Source of the DNA: Deltaproteobacteria bacterium
GTDB taxonomy: Bacteria > Desulfobacterota > Syntrophia > Syntrophales > JAFGHS01
NCBI GenBank assembly: GCA_016928025.1
Contig: JAFGLN010000023.1
Coordinates: 17,067-81,066 of the forward strand
DNA: 64,000 bases
Direction: 5' to 3'
Below the pieces are notes generated by a model. It did no database searches. It had not been told where the DNA came from and worked only from the letters and a program-made list of their open reading frames with translations. Below, in pieces: positions 40,175-50,093 of this stretch (the first letter of the stretch is position 1; every line of letters starts with the position of its first letter). Made by a program: the position numbers and the translations under genes.

Positions 40175-40452
40175 GATACCGCCGCTGAGCTGGATGACGG
40201 TCACATGGGAGTCTTAAGCCGGTTCCATCACAATAACTTCGTCGCCCGGCCGGACAACGGCAGCGACGGCGGTAAATCATGCTTCCGTGGCCCGGAGGCC
40301 ACGGTGCTCTGCGTTTCCGGATCGACGTCGGCTTCATACGGCAGCTTTACTTTTTCGGCGAGGCGACGGCGCAAGAGCGGGACGCTCTACATGGGCGTAT
40401 ATTGATTGAAGGCCTCACACATATACCTGCTGACCAGTTGGGTCGGCCGCAT
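40175..40452 (-). pseudogene. remnant of a YbdL-like class I/II aminotransferase
   Basis: Manual translation: FNQYTPM*SVPLLRRRLAEKV...DPETQSTVASG / frameshift / ATEA*FTAVAAVVRPGDEVIVMEPA*DSH...IQLSGG; three stops and one frameshift. Confidence 0.75.
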
Positions 40453-41679
40453 TTACTGTCCGATCACCTCTGCGATTCTATCCATGGCGACCTCGACCTG
40501 CTCGTATTGATTGAATGCGCTGAGGCGGATATACCCCTGGCCGCAGGCGCCGAACCCGCTCCCCGGGGTACAGACGACGGCAGCCTTGTTCAGGAGAAGA
40601 TCGAAGAAATCCCAGGAATCCCTCCGCGTATTGACCCAGATGTACGGTGAATTTTCCCCGCCGGCGCAGGTAAACCCGAGCCCTCGCATCTTTTTGAGGA
40701 TGAGGGAGGCGTTCCTCAGATAGTAGTCGGTCAGCTGACGAACCTGTTCCTTTCCCTCATTCGAGTAGACCGCCTCAGCAGCGCGCTGGATGGGGTAGGA
40801 GACACCGTTGAATTTAGTCGTGTGACGGCGGTTCCACAGGGCGTGGAGGGTGTGGGCGTTCCCCGCGCTATCGTAGCCGACGCAGGTCTTGGGAATGATG
40901 GTGTATGCACATCGGGTCCCGGTGAAGCCGGCGGTTTTTGAGAAGGACCGGAACTCGATCGCCACGTCACGGGCTCCTTCGATCTCATAGATGCTCCGGG
41001 GAAGAGAGTCGTCCCGGATGAAAGCGACGTAGGCGGCATCATACAGGATTAATGCCTTGTTTTCCCGCGCATAGGTGACCCAACCTGAGAGTTGTTCTCT
41101 CGTGGCCGTGGCCCCTGTGGGGTTGTTGGGGAAACAGAGGTATATCAAATCGACCGGTTCGGTCGGGATTGCCGGGACGAAGCCGTTCTCTTCCGTGGCC
41201 TCGAGGTAGAAGAGCCCCCCGTATCGACCGTTGTCCCACCTGCCGGTCCTCCCGGACATGACGTTGGTGTCAACGTAGACGGGATAGACCGGGTCGGGGA
41301 CGGCAATGGTCATATCGGTGGAGAAGATATCGAGGATATTGCCGGTATCGCACTTTGCTCCGTCACTGATGAAGACCTCGTCGGGACGGATATCGGCCCC
41401 CACCGTCTGGAAATCGTTTTGTGCGACGGCCTCGCGGAGAAAGGCATATCCCTGCTCCGGGCCGTAGCCGTGGAAGGTGCTGTCGAACGACAGTTCGTCG
41501 ACGGCCTCGTGAAGGGCGGCGATGCATGCCCCGGGGAGGGCGCGCGTCACGTCACCGATCCCGAGACTGATGATCTCTCTTTCGGGGTTCGATGCAGCGA
41601 AGGTTTGAACCCTCTTCGCGATGTCGGAGAAGAGGTACGATGACCGGAGTTTCAGGTAATTCTCATTGATCTGTATCAT
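40453..41679 (-). CDS. dapL: LL-diaminopimelate aminotransferase
   Basis: [44 protein letters not shown] and RLSAF motifs; ATG 41679 after GGGAG. Confidence 0.96.
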   Translation of the reverse strand: MIQINENYLKLRSSYLFSDIAKRVQTFAASNPEREIISLGIGDVTRALPGACIAALHEAVDELSFDSTFHGYGPEQGYAFLREAVAQNDFQTVGADIRPDEVFISDGAKCDTGNILDIFSTDMTIAVPDPVYPVYVDTNVMSGRTGRWDNGRYGGLFYLEATEENGFVPAIPTEPVDLIYLCFPNNPTGATATREQLSGWVTYARENKALILYDAAYVAFIRDDSLPRSIYEIEGARDVAIEFRSFSKTAGFTGTRCAYTIIPKTCVGYDSAGNAHTLHALWNRRHTTKFNGVSYPIQRAAEAVYSNEGKEQVRQLTDYYLRNASLILKKMRGLGFTCAGGENSPYIWVNTRRDSWDFFDLLLNKAAVVCTPGSGFGACGQGYIRLSAFNQYEQVEVAMDRIAEVIGQ

Positions 41680-41915
41680 GGCGCTCCCCTTTTTTAATTT
41701 TGTTGATGATCTAAAATATACGGGAAGGGACGTGCGTGTCAATGTCAAAACAGAAGCTTTTGGATCAACAGGTATCTCCAAGAGCTCTGCATTATATAGA
41801 AATGTTTAATTTTAACCATTGTGAGCTTAATCCACGGCATTGATATGACTGACGGAGAAGCAACAAATAAGATAAGGGTGAGCAGGGCACACGAAGAGAT
41901 AACCGGTAATAAGGT

Positions 41916-41991
41916 CCGGCCGGACATTGGCGGTGACAGAGGCAAACAGTGCTTCCGTGGCCTCGGAGATTACGGTATTTTGCATTTCCGG
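41916..41991 (-). repeat. degenerate second copy of part of the aminotransferase remnant (matches 40246-40320)
   Basis: Hand alignment gives about 58/76 identical positions; translates PEMQNTVISEATEALFASVTANVRP. Confidence 0.7.
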
Positions 41992-42108
41992 CTGCGAGAT
42001 TTTAACGGAACGGATGAAATAAATAAGTTGTTTGACATAAAACAGGGCTTTTTCTATATTCAGAGTTGACAAGGGAACACATTATCAGAATTGACGGATG
42101 GTCATAAC

Positions 42109-42627
42109 ATGGCGGATTCTCAATATTACATTCCGGTCATGGTTGAAGTCTCAGCGGCAATGCCGGAGCATCAGCCCGTGGTAGCGAATTTGTTCGAGCT
42201 GTATGCCCATGATATGAGCGAATTTATGGATCTTGAACTGGGCGCTGACGGCCGTTATGGTTATATACATCTGTCGGCCTACTGGAAGGAACCGGACCGG
42301 TACCCGTTTCTCATCAAGGTCAGGGGCGATCTTGCCGGCTTTGCCCTCGTCTGCAGACAGTCACAAAGTTCAAACGATGATTGCGTCATGGATGTGGCGG
42401 AGTTCTTTGTCATTCGAGGTTTCCGTAGATTGGGTGTGGGGACCGGGGCCGCCTGCGACATTTGGAAAAAATTCCCCGGGAAATGGAAAGTACGGGTAAG
42501 GGGACAAAACGGGCCGGCAAAAGCCTTTTGGGCGCAGGCCGTTGAAGCTTTCACTGGTAAGGCTGTCTATCCTGTGCCCGCTCAGATCAATGGCGAACTA
42601 TGGCAGGCCTTTACCTTCGAATCATGA
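42109..42627 (+). CDS. GNAT family N-acetyltransferase
   Basis: NLFELYAHD.SEF, LAGFALV, EFFV.R.FRR.GVG and N..A..FW motifs; start uncertain. Confidence 0.88.
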   Translation: MADSQYYIPVMVEVSAAMPEHQPVVANLFELYAHDMSEFMDLELGADGRYGYIHLSAYWKEPDRYPFLIKVRGDLAGFALVCRQSQSSNDDCVMDVAEFFVIRGFRRLGVGTGAACDIWKKFPGKWKVRVRGQNGPAKAFWAQAVEAFTGKAVYPVPAQINGELWQAFTFES

Positions 42628-42750
42628 CGACTGCCGATCATCAATGTCCTGAAGCAGTGATCAATCCATCCTGAAGATTCCGGCCGGTGTCAAATCAAGG
42701 ATAAAACGATCAATTTGCGATAAGGCCGGGACGACTTTTAGTGTGTTGAT

Positions 42751-44499
42751 CTATTTCAAGTTCCTGAGGTCCGGATTCATACGAACAGCCGTTTCATGAT
42801 GGATTTCGGCTTTCCGACCGGCACCTTTTTCTTTTAAGGCCTTTGCCAGATAGAAATGAGCCATAACCAAATCAGGCTGGAGCCTTACGGCTTCCCGGAG
42901 ATGCTTTACGGCCTCGTCATATCTTTTCTGTCTCACGAAAAGCAAACCCAGGTTGTTATGGGCGATGGCATGGGTCGGCCGGAGCTGAAGCGCCGTCATA
43001 TATTCCTGTTTCGCCTCTTGATCCTTTCCCAGCATATCCAAGGCAACCCCCAAACTGTTATGAAGGGTGGGATCATTTTTCTTTAACGCGATGGCTTTTT
43101 TTAAATGTTCGACCGCTTCCCGGGGCTGTTTTTGATCGATCAAATACAGGGCGAGATTCTTATGAGGCAGGTAATGTTGTGAAGAGACCCGGATTGCGTT
43201 CTGATAGAGTGTGTAGCTGTTTTCCCAGTAACGGACCTGCTTGTCGGTTAAAATCATGAGAATCGCGATGATTCCCACGCAAACAAAGGCCGTTGCTTTT
43301 GTCGAAATTCTTTTTTTCAAGAGGGTGGTGAAACCCCATGTCAATATTAAAAAGAGGCCGACGAAAGGGATATAGGCATACCGGTCCGCCATCGACTGAT
43401 GCCCCACATGAACGATGCCGATGACGGGAACCAGGGTTCCCAAATACCAGAACCAGCCGACGGGCAGATAGGGGTATTTGCGGTAATATCTGCACATCAA
43501 GACTGTGACGGCCAGAATCAGCAAGGCGGCCAGGATAATCTGCCAAAGGGGGATCTGGTCGTTAAAGGGGTACAATACGGAAAAGTCAAAAGGCCAGAGG
43601 ATTTTTTTTAAATACAGAGCATACGAAACAATAACATTGGCGATTCGCTTATCAAATGGTATGGCCTGAAGAGTCACGATTGAGTTTGCCGCTTTGGCGG
43701 CATAGACAGTCATAAAGATTGAAAAGGCGGACAAAGCAAATAAGGGAATCTTCTCCAGAACCAGGAAGGTAAGTTTAGCTTTTGGGGCGGCTTTAAGATG
43801 GCTGGGTGTCTGATCGGCGTGGTTCAAATCGATGGGTGTGCGTTTCAGAGGCCAGTAGTCCAACAGCAACAAGGCAAACGGCAGGGTTACCACCATGGGT
43901 TTGGACATGATTCCCAAGGTAAAGCTCAGAACGACGGGCAAATAGGTTTTCCAGCCGGGCCGCCTGACATATCGGACATAAAGCAAGAGGGTTAAGATCC
44001 AGAAAAAGGTGCAAAGAACGTTCTTGCGCTCCGCGATCCAGGCCACGGACTCCACGTTGATGGGATGCACGGCAAACAGGGCGGCGATGAGGGCGCTGCG
44101 CCCCAGGAAGCCGGTCGTCGTTTTCAAAAAGAAGAACAGCAGGACCGTGCTGATGATGTGGATGATGATATTCGTCCAGTGATGGCCACCGGCGTTTTTT
44201 CCGTAGATTGTCCAGTCCAGCATGTGGGACAGCATCGTCAGGGGATGCCAGTTGGACGTGCTGATGTCGGTAAAGGCATATCTGATACTGGTGGCTGTAA
44301 AGCCCGATTGGATGTTTTTGTTGTTCAATACATATAACTGGTCGTCGAAGTTTGTGAATTCGTAAGATTGCACCTGCCAGTAAGCGGCCAGAATTATGGC
44401 GGATAAGAAAAGAACCGTCAAAAGGGTTTTTTGCCTGTTTAGTGAATATAAATCATTGGACATTAAAACATCCGGACATTTATTAAATCGATGCGTCAC
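42751..44499 (-). CDS. TMTC-like multi-pass membrane protein with C-terminal TPRs (putative GT-C glycosyltransferase)
   Basis: FDD..YV..N, WHPLT.LS, HP..VESVAWIAERK, SKPM, ADRYAYIP motifs and TPR repeats; alternative ATG at 44463. Confidence 0.88.
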   Translation of the reverse strand: MTHRFNKCPDVLMSNDLYSLNRQKTLLTVLFLSAIILAAYWQVQSYEFTNFDDQLYVLNNKNIQSGFTATSIRYAFTDISTSNWHPLTMLSHMLDWTIYGKNAGGHHWTNIIIHIISTVLLFFFLKTTTGFLGRSALIAALFAVHPINVESVAWIAERKNVLCTFFWILTLLLYVRYVRRPGWKTYLPVVLSFTLGIMSKPMVVTLPFALLLLDYWPLKRTPIDLNHADQTPSHLKAAPKAKLTFLVLEKIPLFALSAFSIFMTVYAAKAANSIVTLQAIPFDKRIANVIVSYALYLKKILWPFDFSVLYPFNDQIPLWQIILAALLILAVTVLMCRYYRKYPYLPVGWFWYLGTLVPVIGIVHVGHQSMADRYAYIPFVGLFLILTWGFTTLLKKRISTKATAFVCVGIIAILMILTDKQVRYWENSYTLYQNAIRVSSQHYLPHKNLALYLIDQKQPREAVEHLKKAIALKKNDPTLHNSLGVALDMLGKDQEAKQEYMTALQLRPTHAIAHNNLGLLFVRQKRYDEAVKHLREAVRLQPDLVMAHFYLAKALKEKGAGRKAEIHHETAVRMNPDLRNLK

Positions 44500-44565
44500 C
44501 GATCAATTTTGTTTTTTATGTTCATGCAATAACCGGACCCTGAATGGGTCCGGTCTGGTTTAAAT

Positions 44566-44587
44566 CCCCCCCCCCCCCTTTTTTTTT
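44566..44587. repeat. C13T9 homopolymer tract
   Basis: 13 C followed by 9 T in the intergenic region upstream of the TMTC-like gene. Confidence 0.8.
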
Positions 44588-44679
44588 AAGGTATTAGTTC
44601 CAAGATCATTGAGCCGGCAGTTTTTCAAAGTTTTCCTTACATCTTAAAATCGGTTCCGGGTCCCGGCTCATGTCGATTT

Positions 44680-45699
44680 TTACGCCGTTAACCCCTCTCG
44701 ATGGTTCTGTATTCTTTTCTTTCTATTGTCGGCTTCACGTGCCAGCATGTTGTGGGGGAAGCCCGGGATAATGGCGCTCACGGTATTGAGTCTTTCCATC
44801 TGCTCTTCATTGAGGGTTATATCAAGGCAGCCGAGATTATCTTTGAGTTGCTCGACCGTCCGGGCACCGACCAGTGGTACAATAACGGCCGGACCCTGGC
44901 GGACCCACGAGAGGGCAACCTGGCTGGGTGTCGCGCCGATTTCATCGGCGACGGCCATGACTTCGTCGGCTATGGAAAGCGACCGCTCATCGAGCAGACC
45001 GCGCGCTTTTGCTCTTCCCGCTGCATCATTGTCCTTGTTGTATTTTCCGCTCAGAATGCCTGAAGCGAGCGGACCCCAGGGAGTGACGCAGAGATCCAGC
45101 GCACGGGCCATGGGAAGCAATTCGCGCTCCACGCTTCTTTCAATCAGGTTGTATTGAATCTGGAGACCGACAAATGGTGTCCAGCCTCGCAGCTCCGCCA
45201 TGGTATTGGCGCGGGAAACCACCCAGGCCGGAGCATCGGAAATGCCAACGTAATTTATTTTACCTTGGCTAACCAGATCATCCAGGCCCCTCATCAGCTC
45301 TTCCAGAGGTGTCAGGGGATCCCAGATGTGGACCCAGTAAATATCGATATAGTCCGTATCGAGACGCTTTAAACTGGCATGTAAGGAGGTCATCATGTTC
45401 TTGCGGGCATTTCCCGAGGCATTGACGTCCCGGCCCCACATGGCTCCCGTATACTTTGTGGCGAGGACAATGCGTTCGCGTTCCTGAGCCATAAATTCCC
45501 CCAGGAATTTCTCACTGGTCCCCAAATTATAGATATTGGCCGTATCGATGAAATTGCCGCCGGCTTCACGAAACGCCTCATAGACTTTGCGGCTTTCCTC
45601 CTTGTCGACACCGATGTTCCGCTCCGTCCCGAAGGTCATGGCGCCAAGTCCGAGTTCTGATACCTTGAGGCCACTTTTCCCGAAGAGTTTGTATCGCAT
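44680..45699 (-). CDS. aldo/keto reductase
   Basis: GLGAMTFG, IDTANIY, ATK, LDTDYID, QIQYNL and GARTVEQL motifs. Confidence 0.95.
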   Translation of the reverse strand: MRYKLFGKSGLKVSELGLGAMTFGTERNIGVDKEESRKVYEAFREAGGNFIDTANIYNLGTSEKFLGEFMAQERERIVLATKYTGAMWGRDVNASGNARKNMMTSLHASLKRLDTDYIDIYWVHIWDPLTPLEELMRGLDDLVSQGKINYVGISDAPAWVVSRANTMAELRGWTPFVGLQIQYNLIERSVERELLPMARALDLCVTPWGPLASGILSGKYNKDNDAAGRAKARGLLDERSLSIADEVMAVADEIGATPSQVALSWVRQGPAVIVPLVGARTVEQLKDNLGCLDITLNEEQMERLNTVSAIIPGFPHNMLAREADNRKKRIQNHREGLTA

Positions 45700-45747
45700 C
45701 GTCCTCTCCTTTTTTATGGAATTAATCAGGTCCGGATACCATTCCTT

Positions 45748-46593
45748 TTATGGTCGGACAGCCATTGCCGCGGCTTCAGCCGAGCAATCACATGTGGGTT
45801 TTAGACCCTTGGCCCGGATCGCTGCAATTTCGGCCTTGGCAGCCTCCAGGTCGGAGAGGAATTGAGGATTAGCGTGAAGCCGTGCGACGGTTGCGGCCCC
45901 CATGAGACGCCCCTGAACAACATCGCTGTACCAATGGACGTTGCAAACATTTCGGCTCTCACCAAAGGTGAGACCGCGCGCGAGGATGGCATTGGCCTGC
46001 TCCGGCGATATTTCACTCAGGATAAGGGCCCAGGCCCAGCCGATGGCCGTATGACCGGACGGATAGGAGCCGTCTTTTTCCAGTTTTGCTTTATCCTGCG
46101 GGGTACATATGGCTTCGTTGTTTGACATAAAGGGGCGGCGGCGTTTGTATTTCCTCTTGGCGCCGTAAGTGGAAAGGCCCGCATCCGTCAGGGTACGGCG
46201 CAACAGCATATAAAGGAACGGTGTCTCCTTTTCCGAAATCGGAGCGTTGAGGGCACAGGAATAAGTATCCGTTGCCTCGGGGAACTTCAGATCAGCGTCC
46301 GACGCGGCCAACTTCCAGCGTGCGGTGCCTTGTAAAGCGATGCATCGTTTGCTGTATTCTTCATCGAAGGCCAGGGCTGCCGAGCCTTCCGCCGGGGGAG
46401 GAGGGACCAGTACCGCGCTGCTGCCGACGTTCTCATTCATGTCCAAATAGCCTTTCAAAATTCCCGGCCTCAGCTCAGGCACGGGTTCGGGTGAACGACT
46501 TGCCGCGCTGCTGGCACAACCTGCAAAAATGACTACCCACGCCAAAACAAGCAGCATCCGGTACCGTTTTGTGATCCGCACAACGTTCAACAT
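45748..46593 (-). CDS. class A non-specific acid phosphatase (PAP2), probable lipoprotein
   Basis: K......RP, SYPSGH and SR.VC.VHWYSDV motifs; lipobox FAGC. Confidence 0.9.
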   Translation of the reverse strand: MLNVVRITKRYRMLLVLAWVVIFAGCASSAASRSPEPVPELRPGILKGYLDMNENVGSSAVLVPPPPAEGSAALAFDEEYSKRCIALQGTARWKLAASDADLKFPEATDTYSCALNAPISEKETPFLYMLLRRTLTDAGLSTYGAKRKYKRRRPFMSNNEAICTPQDKAKLEKDGSYPSGHTAIGWAWALILSEISPEQANAILARGLTFGESRNVCNVHWYSDVVQGRLMGAATVARLHANPQFLSDLEAAKAEIAAIRAKGLKPTCDCSAEAAAMAVRP

Positions 46594-46784
46594 GATAAAC
46601 CCTCCTCCGTATTTATAAAAAAATAAAAAAGACCGTAACCGGCGAATCGTCAATCGTAACGAGTTTGAAGATTATTCATTAAATAAATTCATTCTGCGAT
46701 CACTCGTTACAGATTATTTGTACTACCGTGGTGTTACCCGTCGGGGCCGAGGGAGTCGTTCTAACCGTCCCGCTTGCTTGTATT

Positions 46785-47648
46785 TTAAATGGCCCGGCAA
46801 CCTATCGCAAATTCATACCACCTGCCGGCTTCTATATCCACAAACTGAGCCTTTGATTTTTTTGCCAGCAAACCGGCAAAATCCCGGGCCATACGATGGG
46901 CGTTCTTCATGCCGCTGCCGTCATGATGGGTGGGGATGACAATGCCTGCACCGGAAACGGCGGCGACCTCCGCCATCTGTCCCAGGTTCGAGCCTGCCAG
47001 CTGAATGAAAATGACATGAGGGCGGGCCTCCTGCACGACGGATCGCAGGTGATCTTCAGGACCTGAGCTGTAAAAGAAAAAGCGCAGATTGTCCTCGGTC
47101 TGAAAGAGAAAATTCAATTGCTCGCCGCCCGTCACGCCTGCCTGATCGAGCTTCTCCAGCATGGCGGTAGTTTCTGGCTTTTGAACAATATTCAACGCCG
47201 TTGCGATTTTGTCCTGAATTTCCTTAAACGTCCACGACGAATCGGGTTCTTTCTTCAGAACACGGGTGTAAGCTTCGCGCATCAGTGGCAGGAGATTGAT
47301 GTGCTGGCCGCGTTTTACCTCGATATGCAGATCACTGAAGTTCACAACATCGCCGGCAATGACACGGATGAGATCGCCCAGATCGATGTTGAAAACTTTG
47401 GACAAAGGTTCGCCGATTTCTCTGCTGCACAGTAATTTGGAATGGAATTTGTGCAGGAGCGTTCCGACGTCGGTCACATGATCGTAATGACCGTGAGTGA
47501 GTGCGATATAATCGGCGCCCGTGACGTCGTCGCACTTGATCGGTGCCGTCGGCGAATAATCGATGTAAGGATCGACAACCAGTACTTTGCCGGACGGTAA
47601 AACAAATTCGAAGCAGACATAGCCTAACCAACGAAAACGAACACCCAT
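46785..47648 (-). CDS. metallo-beta-lactamase fold hydrolase (UlaG-like)
   Basis: RWLG, VDPY, THGHYDH and IPTHH motifs; ATG 47648 after AAGGAGG. Confidence 0.88.
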   Translation of the reverse strand: MGVRFRWLGYVCFEFVLPSGKVLVVDPYIDYSPTAPIKCDDVTGADYIALTHGHYDHVTDVGTLLHKFHSKLLCSREIGEPLSKVFNIDLGDLIRVIAGDVVNFSDLHIEVKRGQHINLLPLMREAYTRVLKKEPDSSWTFKEIQDKIATALNIVQKPETTAMLEKLDQAGVTGGEQLNFLFQTEDNLRFFFYSSGPEDHLRSVVQEARPHVIFIQLAGSNLGQMAEVAAVSGAGIVIPTHHDGSGMKNAHRMARDFAGLLAKKSKAQFVDIEAGRWYEFAIGCRAI

Positions 47649-47929
47649 ACCGTGCCTCCTTACAGAGTCATTTGCTGTCTTGAAAAATGCTGAATATATA
47701 CGATGGATCGGAATCTGCAGCATTCGGTTTGCCCAGTGACAAAACCTCATTTGCCTGTTAGAATGCCGTTAGATAAAATCATGTTATCCTGGCAATGTCA
47801 ATATCAAAGAATTCCAAGGGAAGGATGACATTGAAGGGCTGTGGTGGTACTAAACAACAAAACGCTTTATTCGATGGCCTGGTTCGATTTAAGGAGCGGT
47901 GACCTTCAATTTGACGTCCCGCCAAGGGA

Positions 47930-48877
47930 TCAATTCGGCCGTTTCGGGTCTGTCATGCCGCTGGACGCCTTTGGCAAGGCGTGCATGCGCTGATATTCGT
48001 TGTGTTTCATATCCATGTAATCCTGCCGCTCCACTTCATGCAGTTGTCTCGCGTAGCGCTCGGTGGCGCTGAACCATTTGTCAAGGCGCTTATCCAACCG
48101 CTGGTCGTCGGGAAGATTCAGGGCACTCAGATAGGCGTCAATGGACAGATAGTAACGCATGGTATTGCGTTCGACGATACCGCGGACCCCGTTGATATAT
48201 TCGGGCTGGCCGTCAGCCTGCCGGCCCGTGACGTTGAACCCGACCTTGTCTCTGCCGATGGTGGCGAGATAGGTATTGACGGCGAGATGGGCGGCCATCC
48301 CGTAGCCGTAAGAATAGGTGAAGTGGAGGAAAGTGCGTCCCGCCTCAATGGCGACGGCTTCCAGCAGAATGCGGTAATTTTTTGTTCCCATCGGTCCTTT
48401 TTCGGCGGTGAGGTCAATCTTTAAGTAATCGGGTTTTGCGGCGGCGACACGGTAGTTGAATTCCACCGGGTAGGCTTCCTCGGGCGTCTGCTCGAATTTT
48501 CTCCCGATTGAAACAATAAGTTTTGTGCCGCTGCGGTCATTTGAGACCTGACAATGCTTGATATTGACGTGAAGTATTAACATGTCGCACCAGTTGGCCG
48601 GTCCCCGGACGGGATCGTTCAATGAGCTATTGACTGTTTTAAACGGGTAATCCACGACAGCGTAAATATCACCTTTTAGAGCATCAGTTGCTTCCGTGGA
48701 TTCCAGATAGAGCGGGAGCCCGAACGGATTGTCGCTCAATTGTTTTGATAGAGCTTCATAATGACCGCGCAGGGCCTCAGCATCGTTTGCCGCCACGGTT
48801 GAACTCGCATTTCCCAAAGTGCAAATCAGTAACAGAACGACGCAAAGGAAATGACTCAATCGGACAAAGATCTTCAC
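47930..48877 (-). CDS. exported protein of unknown function
   Basis: 315-aa ORF with a signal-peptide-like N-terminus and GGAGG RBS; no motif recognised. Confidence 0.75.
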   Translation of the reverse strand: MKIFVRLSHFLCVVLLLICTLGNASSTVAANDAEALRGHYEALSKQLSDNPFGLPLYLESTEATDALKGDIYAVVDYPFKTVNSSLNDPVRGPANWCDMLILHVNIKHCQVSNDRSGTKLIVSIGRKFEQTPEEAYPVEFNYRVAAAKPDYLKIDLTAEKGPMGTKNYRILLEAVAIEAGRTFLHFTYSYGYGMAAHLAVNTYLATIGRDKVGFNVTGRQADGQPEYINGVRGIVERNTMRYYLSIDAYLSALNLPDDQRLDKRLDKWFSATERYARQLHEVERQDYMDMKHNEYQRMHALPKASSGMTDPKRPN

Positions 48878-48991
48878 AGCCCCGGTTCCTCCCCTTATGA
48901 AATCACTTTTTGAATCTTTATTATTTATCTTAACCGAGCCTGAAAAGCATATAGAATATGCTTTATGGTTTCAATTAATTATCGAAATAAA

Positions 48992-49013
48992 TGACATAAC
49001 ATATTTTATGTCA
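48992..49013. promoter_or_regulatory. palindromic operator-like site overlapping a minus-strand -35 box
   Basis: TGACATAA-N6-TTATGTCA; overlaps TTGACA on the minus strand. Confidence 0.45.
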
Positions 49014-49195
49014 AGTATTAATCCATCATGATCGGTGAAATGTTAATAGCACCGTCATTGGGGTGTAGTCAAAAATCGCTCTGCGGGAGGGTGCCATCAA
49101 AGGCTGAATAAAAATCGAAACACCATAACGTCCTTGTCCGGGTTTGGCTGAATAATTTTTTTGTTGCTTGTTGATCAATATTCAGGTAGGAGGTT

Positions 49196-49218
49196 GCATG
49201 ATATATAATATATCATGC
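49196..49218. promoter_or_regulatory. probable GntR operator
   Basis: Perfect 11-bp inverted repeat GCATGATATAT-A-ATATATCATGC upstream of the GntR gene. Confidence 0.65.
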
Positions 49219-49329
49219 GTGCACTTTATGGAGACCCGTAAAAACAATCACCGGGTTTCCATTTAGGACAAAAAGCATTCCGGTTATGATAAGACCGCCA
49301 TTATAGTGTTGAGGAAGATCATCGTGGAT

Positions 49330-50043
49330 ATGAATCTCATTAAAATCAGCAGGGACAACCTCACCACGAAAGTGTATCAACAGATCAAAGAAGCAATTAT
49401 GTCCGGCCGTTTCCAACCGGGAGAGCGGGTGCCCATCCGTCAGTTGGCGGAAAAAATGGGGACCAGTATCACACCGGTGAGGGAAGCCCTCTTGAAACTG
49501 GTGTCCTACGGGGCGTTGGAGATGAAGCCCGCCCATCCTATCGCCATTCCCATCCTGGACAGGGATGGATATTTGGAGAACAGGGCTATCCGGCTTGTGA
49601 ATGAGGGATTGGCGGCAGCTGAAGCGGCCAGGAAAATAAAAAGGCGTCAGTTGAATAAGCTGGTCAGGATTAATGAAGAAATGATCAATGCCGGCAGGGA
49701 GGGCCGTTTCAAAGATTCCATTGCCGGTAATTATGCTTTTCATATCGAAGTCTGCAAGGCGGCCGAAATGCCGGCACTATTGGAAATCATCGAGATCCTG
49801 TGGCTGAAGATCGGCCCCTCCCTGAATATTCTCGAATCACGCAATTTAGATAACAGTCCGAAGGCCGCGTCGAATTATCATAAAGAATTGCTGCAGGCAT
49901 TGGAAGCCGGAGATCCGGAGGCCGCCAAATCAGCTATGGAAAAGGACCTGATCGAAGGCGGTGAAGCTCTGCTGGCGTATTTTGACGGACAATCCCGAAA
50001 AGCAGAACCTGACACAAGCGGGTTCATCAATAAGATACCATAA
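49330..50043 (+). CDS. GntR family (FCD) transcriptional regulator
   Basis: VY..IKEAI.SG.F.PGER...LAE.MGTS.TPVREAL HTH; N..FH and H..LL.AL..GD FCD motifs. Confidence 0.93.
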   Translation: MNLIKISRDNLTTKVYQQIKEAIMSGRFQPGERVPIRQLAEKMGTSITPVREALLKLVSYGALEMKPAHPIAIPILDRDGYLENRAIRLVNEGLAAAEAARKIKRRQLNKLVRINEEMINAGREGRFKDSIAGNYAFHIEVCKAAEMPALLEIIEILWLKIGPSLNILESRNLDNSPKAASNYHKELLQALEAGDPEAAKSAMEKDLIEGGEALLAYFDGQSRKAEPDTSGFINKIP

Positions 50044-50093
50044 GAAGTTTACAAACAAAATTTGTGAGAAAGCAAAGAGTCAAGGAGTCCATT

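Noticed and set aside
41680-42090. Lysine riboswitch upstream of dapL
   Set aside because: No L-box consensus seen; the GC-rich patch is explained by the aminotransferase remnant.
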